Below are positions 37,311 through 44,290 of a stretch of 44,290 bases of DNA, piece by piece. Made by a program: the position numbers and the translations under genes. Source of the stretch: Octopus bimaculoides (Eukaryota); the NCBI RefSeq assembly GCF_001194135.2, contig NC_069001.1:39023554-39067843 (forward strand), written 5' to 3'. The notes below the pieces were generated by a model, which saw only the letters and a list, made by a program, of their open reading frames with translations, had not been told where the DNA came from and searched no databases. Numbering within the stretch: the first letter of the stretch is position 1; each line of letters begins with the position of its first letter.

Positions 37311-39042
37311 ATCATGCGAAATATATGTAGTTATATAGTTTTTTTGAAACAGAAGTTGAAAGTTTGTCTCGTGACTCAAGATTCAATTAAAAAAAAAGAA
37401 AAACCATACCCTCTACGTGTATTGAGCACTTCTTTTTCATTCTTTCCTTTGTAGAACTATATAATTAATGTGGATGCTACAGATATAAGTGTTTCCATGC
37501 TTGACAACGTGGACGGGACGTAGATATAAGATTTCAATAATCATATTTCATTCAGTTTCTTTTTTTTTTGTGCCTGTCTTTAGATTGCATGTGATATCTC
37601 ATTTCAGTTTATCACATGATATCATTTGTGATATTCCAGCAGTAATAGTTGTGATATCACTGATATTTTGAAGTCGTCAAGCAAGAACAGATGAAAGGAC
37701 TCCTGCGTTTCGGAGAGTCTTTGGGGAATCAGTAAATCCAGAAGACTGGCACCGCAGTTGGATTGGGCATTTTGGTGAGGGCGATAGATAGAAAGATAGA
37801 CAGATAGAGTGAGAGAGAGGGAGAGAGGGAGAGAGAGAGAGAGGGAGAGGGAGAGAGAGTTGGGGGAGAAGGGTAGCAATTAGCTCAGGTTTGCTAAAAG
37901 CTACAAATGCATGCACACACATATACATGTACATGTATATGGATATATATACTCACACACACACATGTATATACATACCTATGTGTGTATACACACACAC
38001 ACGCACACACACACACAGACACATACACACACACACACATATACATATCCTCAACCAATATTTTTCACTAACAGATACGGACGCACATTCGGGACATGTA
38101 TATACCGATATGTACATAGGTACATGTAAACATACATACATACATACATACATGTATGTATATATATATACATTTATATATATATATANNNNNNNNNNNN
38201 NNNNNNNNNNNNNNNNNNNNNNNNNNNNNNNNNNNNNNNNNNNNNNNNNNNNNNNNNNNNNNNNNNNNNNNNNNNNNNNNNNNNNNNNNNNNNNNNNNNN
38301 NNNNNNNNNNNNNNNNNNNNNNNNNNNNNNNNNNNNNNNNNNNNNNNNNNNNNNNNNNNNNNNNNNNNNNNNNNNNNNNNNNNNNNNNNNNNNNNNNNNN
38401 NNNNNNNNNNNNNNNNNNNNNNNNNNNNNNNNNNNNNNNNNNNNNNNNNNNNNNNNNNNNNNNNNNNNNNNNNNNNNNNNNNNNNNNNNNNNNNNNNNNN
38501 NNNNNNNNNNNNNNNNNNNNNNNNNNNNNNNNNNNNNNNNNNNNNNNNNNNNNNNNNNNNNNNNNNNNNNNNNNNNNNNNNNNNNNNNNNNNNNNNNNNN
38601 NNNNNNNNNNNNNNNNNNNNNNNNNNNNNNNNNNNNNNNNNNNNNNNNNNNNNNNNNNNNNNNNNNNNNNNNNNNNNNNNNNNNNNNNNNNNNNNNNNNN
38701 NNNNNNNNNNNNNNNNNNNNNNNNNNNNNNNNNNNNNNNNNNNNNNNNNNNNNNNNNNNNNNNNNNNNNNNNNNNNNNNNNNNNNNNNNNNNNNNNNNNN
38801 NNNNNNNNNNNNNNNNNNNNNNNNNNNNNNNNNNNNNNNNNNNTATATATATATATATATATATATATATGCATATACAAATATGTGTATACGCACAGAC
38901 ACACGCGAACGCGCGCGCATGCACACACAACCGTATAGCGGTTGTCGAAAGACTGGTTTGCTAGTATTGAATAAAAGATTCCAGATTTTAGAAGTAATTA
39001 TTATTAACCGAGTAGTTTCCTGCTAATATATAGAAATGCTCA

Positions 39043-39073
<31 letters not shown>

Positions 39074-41839
39074 TGTATTTATGTATGTATGTATGTAATG
39101 TATTTATGTATATATTTATGTATGGATGTATGTATGTATGTTCTCTTTCGTTTCAACGTAGAGTAAAGTTTGACCGGCCATTTACTTGGTAACAAGGTTG
39201 TGAAGGAAAGCATCTTGTTTTGTTTATAATCCTTTAACTCTTAAGAGGGTTTTGCACATTTCTCTAGTCTCAGACTAGTCTCTAGTCTCAGGAAATATAA
39301 GAAGATAAAAAAAATATGGTCCTCAGAAGCATATATATATATATTGAGATTTGCTACAGAAGAAATCATAGAAATGCACCCCAAGTTTTCGGTAGCACTA
39401 CTCGTGCATCGAACCTACGCATGTATAAGATTCATCAATTTTCATCAGGATTCCTGAACTTTCGATCGTTTTCCGAAAGTAGTTCAAAATTTAAGAGGAA
39501 AATGCATAATGGCTTTGTTTTTGTTTTTTTTGTTTTCCGTGTGTGTGATGTCGTTTAGAAATCGGTGTTATTTGAACAATTATTTAAGACTGCCAATACG
39601 CTCGCATAGCACGAAATCCGAAAGCAAAGTATTCAATGTCTTTTCAATATTGTGAACATTTTGGTTTTCATGCTGCGTTCCTCTATTGGTAAGTAAGCTT
39701 TCCAGAGTCAAACACCTGAAAGCAGAAAATGATTAAAATCCCCAAGGTTACAGAAGAACCTGACAAGAAAATTCCGTGATGTTTTCATGCTATCACGATT
39801 AATACTTCACTTTGAAAGCGATTTCTTCTCTTGTTTTTCATTTCCAACTTGTTGAAATCTCGACGCTGCTGTCAGTGATTATTTCAAATTTCTATAGTTT
39901 TTAATGAGCGCTCTGCTGAGGTGGACGTATCACAATGGCGCTCATATATCAATGCCATTTAAATGTTTATTTCTAATAACAACAGTCGACCATATTTGAA
40001 TGTTGATAATGCAGTTGTTACTGCTGCTGTTGTTGTTGTTGTTTAACTCTCAGTGAGTTCTCATCAGACAAACGTATAAATCCCTACCTCTTCTTATTTT
40101 AGACATCCAGGAATATATCATAAATCTGCCCTATTTTTTTTATGAAGAGAAGAGTGATTCAAAATTAATATGGCTACTATTTCTAGCATATAGAATGAAT
40201 CTGTAGAAATTCTCAAGTGTTGTTCTTTTTACTTCGCTACATATCAAATTTGAGAGGGCGGACAGATGTTCCAACCGTGACCATTCCATCTTTTATTCAG
40301 ACAGTGTACGTTGGACTGCATTATCTAATGTGGTCTTCCTTTTTGTTGTTTAACCATAACTCAGATCTAATATCAAATGTGTTTCATCCGTGGCCATCCA
40401 GTTCATTCGGTCATAGTATACCTAAGACTACAACATGTTACATGACCTTCTACGTTAGTGTTGTTCCGTTCCAGTTCAGTCCGGATCTCGTAGAATTAGG
40501 ATCAAACATGTTCAAGCTGTGACTATACTGTATTTTTATTCAGCCCTAGTACATCTTGGGCTACATTAGCTTATGTGTCATTCCTTACTGCAATAGGTTA
40601 GTCCCAGGCCAGCCTTTATTCAACAGACGTATATGCCAACCGTGATCATCCCATCTTATTTCCTACAATCTACCCACGACTACATTATTAAACCTTTTAC
40701 TTTTCACAAAACTCAAAGGGTTGTTTTGAGGGCAAAATTGTTGTAGGATATTTTCTTGCAAGGGGATAAACTCGGATGGACATATTTTTTAAAGTTTGGT
40801 GCCATATTCAGTGATTGCTTCGTCTTTGATCACATCATCTTTGTATGGTATATTTTCACCAATACCTAGGTGTAGAGCAGAGAAGACGGAGGGAAGAGAT
40901 TTGTAATAAAGGCTTCAGGTTTAGGAAATCGTCTTTTTTTCCGCGTCCAGCTCTCAGATATGAATATTTCTTCTGACCAAATATCATTCCATGATCAGAT
41001 CAAGATGTTGTTTACTTAATTCAGTTGTTTCTTAGCATTAACAATTTTTTTCTGCAAGAGATCTTTTGATTGTTCTTAAAGAAATTATGGGTTACATTAA
41101 TATCCATTACTGTTGCAGACTTTCACTCAAAACCAACTAATTTAATGCCAAACTAAAGAAAAGCACAATTACAGACCGTTTGTTTGGAACAGTCCATTGA
41201 AGTAATTATAACATCGAAGACAATTGTTCCGCTTTCAGTCGCAGATGTGAGGAATGTAGGTCAATTCTTTGAGGACCTTCCAAAGGCAGGGAATAAATTT
41301 ATATCTGATACGACTTGAGTAGCCATGTGTGTCTCGGCAAGACAGTCTAACATCTAGCTAGAATCAAGCCAGACTCTCACACTCTCGTCTTATCACTCCT
41401 CCTCCTCCTCCNNNNNNNNNNNNNNNNNNNNNNNNNNNNNNNNNNNNNNNNNNNNNNNNNNNNNNNNNNNNNNNNNNNNNNNNNNNNNNNNNNNNNNNNN
41501 NNNNNNNNNNNNNNNNNNNNNNNNNNNNNNCTACTACTACTACTACTACTACGACGGCGGTGAGAAAACCTGCTAGAAATAACTACGTCCACCTCACATC
41601 ACTGTTTGTTCCCCATCAAAGGAAGAAAATCACATGAAATCAGATCACGCAGTCCTTGATAGACCACGTTTGCAATGGAAGAGGAAATTGATTGTCGTAA
41701 TTGAATGTCTCTGAACGTAGATCTGCTCAGTCAGTCTGACCTGGGGCTAAACCTCATCATCATCATCGTCATCGTCATTATTGTCATCAATAACAAAAAC
41801 CTCCCCACCACCATCACCGCCGCCGCCGCCACCACCACC

Positions 41840-41889
<50 letters not shown>

Positions 41890-41929
41890 GTAATTGTCTG
41901 CTTTCCCTCACTTCCCTGTCTTTCTTTCC

Positions 41930-42145
41930 ATCTCTCTCTCCTCTCACACCGTTCAATCACTCTCTCTCATTCACTCATTCACTCTTTCTCTCTCTCTGTC
42001 ACTCTCTCTCTCTGTCACTCTCTGTCACTCTCCCTCTCTGTCACTCTCTGTCACTCTCTCTCTCTCTCACTCTCTNNNNNNNNNNNNNNNNNNNNNNNNN
42101 NNNNNNNNNNNNNNNNNNNNNNNNNNNNNNNNNNNNNNNNNNNNN

Positions 42146-42215
<70 letters not shown>
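41930..42215. repeat. (CT)n tract with CTGTCACT variants, spanning a gap
   Basis: Directly visible. Confidence 0.95.
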
Positions 42216-42219
<4 letters not shown>

Positions 42220-42766
42220 CATTATTTCCTGCAATTATCAATCCGACCATTTCAATTATGATTTCAATTTCGCAAGAATTTCATCAAATTCCAAAATAAA
42301 TCGTTATTATTAGAAATTTACTGAATATTTCATTTTTCTTCAATTTATTGCAGAAAGAGCAACAATTCCTCAGTAAACAACAGCACTATTTCATAACTCA
42401 ATACACAACCAACACATTGTGAACAGCATGGCAACAGATCTTCTGAATTGTTGTTGTCACACGTGGCTTGTTAGAAATAGCAGTCAAATAACTCTACTCT
42501 CAGACATATCAAACACTGATATTCAGCTCTGATAAAGCAGATCCATGATCAAGACCTTTCCATTCATGACCAACACATCGATGCTACAGCACGCCCTTGG
42601 ATGAACTACGCCTGTTTTCAGCACAAGGGATACATTGTCTAATGGCTGCATCTTTACGTAAGTTAAGCACATCTTTTATAAAGTCCTTGTATAATTTCTA
42701 AGTCTCTGCCGCTTTAGTTCTATAAATAGTAGAATTAACATGTGGATTGAGTGAGTGAAAGAATCG

Positions 42767-42970
42767 CCGCATTTCATTGAAGAAAAGATGCACCACATGT
42801 TAGACGCACCCCAATATCAGCGGAAAACAAGCTGAGCATCAGGGACAAAGTGACTCCCCCTGGGGGGTCCCGACTTTGCATATAGGAGCCAAGATCCAGG
42901 ATGCAGGACACTGGGTGATTTTCTTTGAGACATTCTTGAAAAAGTGCATCTTACATGCCGTGAAATATGA
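42767..42970. mobile_element. Tc1/mariner (Tc2/Kanga-like) MITE relic
   Basis: Left end ccgcatttcattgaagaaaagatgcac and reverse complement of the right end tcatatttcacggcatgtaagatgcac share about 17/27 positions. Both resemble the CCGTATTTC....ATTCTAAGA(C/T)GCAC terminus of TcMar-Tc2 elements as I recall it. An internal agacgcacccc sub-repeat is also present. Confidence 0.55.
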
Positions 42971-43021
42971 CAAAAGTTTGGCAGATTTATTCTTGATATT
43001 GTTCATATCCAACATATTCGA

Positions 43022-43061
<40 letters not shown>

Positions 43062-43409
43062 GGACCATGACTGGTTATGAAGTTCTAGAATAAATATATA
43101 TTTGGCATTTGATATTTGGTAGTAAATTCAACCGACATCTTTGTCCAAGGTTTTTTCAACTAAGAATCAGTTTCTATAGTCTCCCCAAGATAAACTTGAT
43201 GTAATTAGTGAGCCAACAAATTAATGAAACAAAGATATTTAATCACTAACAACCATTTAAAATACGTTATTAAGTGTTATTTCGGGATTAATTCTCCCGT
43301 AACCTAGGAGACTTACCACAGTGAATAAGGGAGTGGGGATGGGGCCACTGTCGAGGTTGATCCCGTTAAAGTTGGTCAACAACCCTTTTGTGGTTCAACT
43401 GGTGACCGA

Positions 43410-43712
43410 AGGGAGAAGCAGAGGAGGTCTTCATTCTCATCCGTCGGTTACGATCAACAGAGCAGCCAGCTCGTGAAATTAACATGCATATGGCTGAGCA
43501 CTCCACAGATACACGTACCTTTAACGTAGTTCTCAGAGAAATTCAGTGTGACACAGAATGCAACAAGGCTGGCCCTTTTGAATTACAGGTACTACTTATT
43601 TTTACCAGCTGAGTGGACTGGGACAGCTTGAAATAAAGTATCTTGCTCAAGGACACAACGCGTCGCCGGGAATTGAACTCACGCTCTTACGATCGTGAAC
43701 CGAATGCCACGC
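43410..43712 (-). mobile_element. SINE family A-related copy
   Basis: Shares the block acc.tt.acgtagtt.tc.g.ga.attcag.gtgacacaga.tg..acaaggctg.ccc.tttgaattacagg with 41-322. The tRNA-like head is at the right end (gggaattgaactc). Confidence 0.8.
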
Positions 43713-43994
43713 GCTTTCACTAATTTTAATTAAGAAACATAATAATTGTCTCGATGGACGGAATGGCCGGGAATATCAGAGCGTCTTGATAAGAGAAATG
43801 AGAAGTAGGAGGACCGAGGGGAGAAGATGAAGAAGAAAGAAAATGGAGGCAGAAAAGATGAAGAAGAAGAAGAACAACAACAAGAACAGCATCAATAAAT
43901 GTAAAACAAAAATAGAAAAAAGCTTCGGTGATCGCCATTTTTCTAATTAGCCTCAATTGTAAATTGAAACCGTAACATTGTCTCGATTACCAGG

Positions 43995-44290
43995 AATTTT
44001 CAATACTACCACCACCAACAACAGCAGCAGCAACGCGTATGACAGAAACAGAGGCAACACTGAGTGACAACGGTAGCAGCAGCAGCAGCAACGGTTGGAA
44101 GCTGTTGTTTCTGTAACTATAGCAACAATAACATCCACTGTTGCAAAACCTACAACAAATATAAACAGAAACTTATAAACGTCAACCGCTACCACCACCA
44201 CCACCACCAGCAACACCACCACAACCACCACCACAACACCACCACCACCAGCACCACCAGCACCACCACCACCATCACCACCACCACCAC
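43995..44290. repeat. degenerate (CAC)n/(CAG)n/(CAA)n trinucleotide repeat
   Basis: Directly visible to the end of the window. Confidence 0.9.

Overview
AT-rich, very repeat-dense eukaryotic DNA from a short-read draft assembly. There are 14 N-gaps totalling about 5.3 kb: 1030-2004, 3138-3147, 3757-4250, 4842-5431, 15967-15976, 22898-22907, 23525-23534, 25031-25209, 25748-26510, 28193-29112, 30064-30572, 38189-38843, 41412-41530 and 42076-42145. The microsatellite load and the SINE/LINE families resemble those I recall from Octopus genomes (inference, no search run). The window reads as intronic/intergenic. It holds many di-, tri- and tetranucleotide microsatellites, several minisatellites, copies of three tRNA-headed SINE families (my labels A, B, C), three decayed 3' fragments of restriction-like-endonuclease (RLE) LINEs (one R4/Dong-like) and two MITE-like elements. 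No complete gene is supported, and almost every long ORF in the track is a gap or microsatellite artefact. I found no CRISPR, prokaryotic system or clearly novel multi-gene system. Four leads deserve follow-up. (1) A minimal type I hammerhead-ribozyme-like fold at 15984-16028. (2) A minus-strand promoter-motif cluster with a strong-Kozak first coding exon and a perfect donor at 8047-8126. (3) A possible plus-strand exon with PSI-domain cysteine spacing at 9383-9444. (4) A closely spaced inverted SINE pair at 26977-27690 that could form ADAR-substrate dsRNA.
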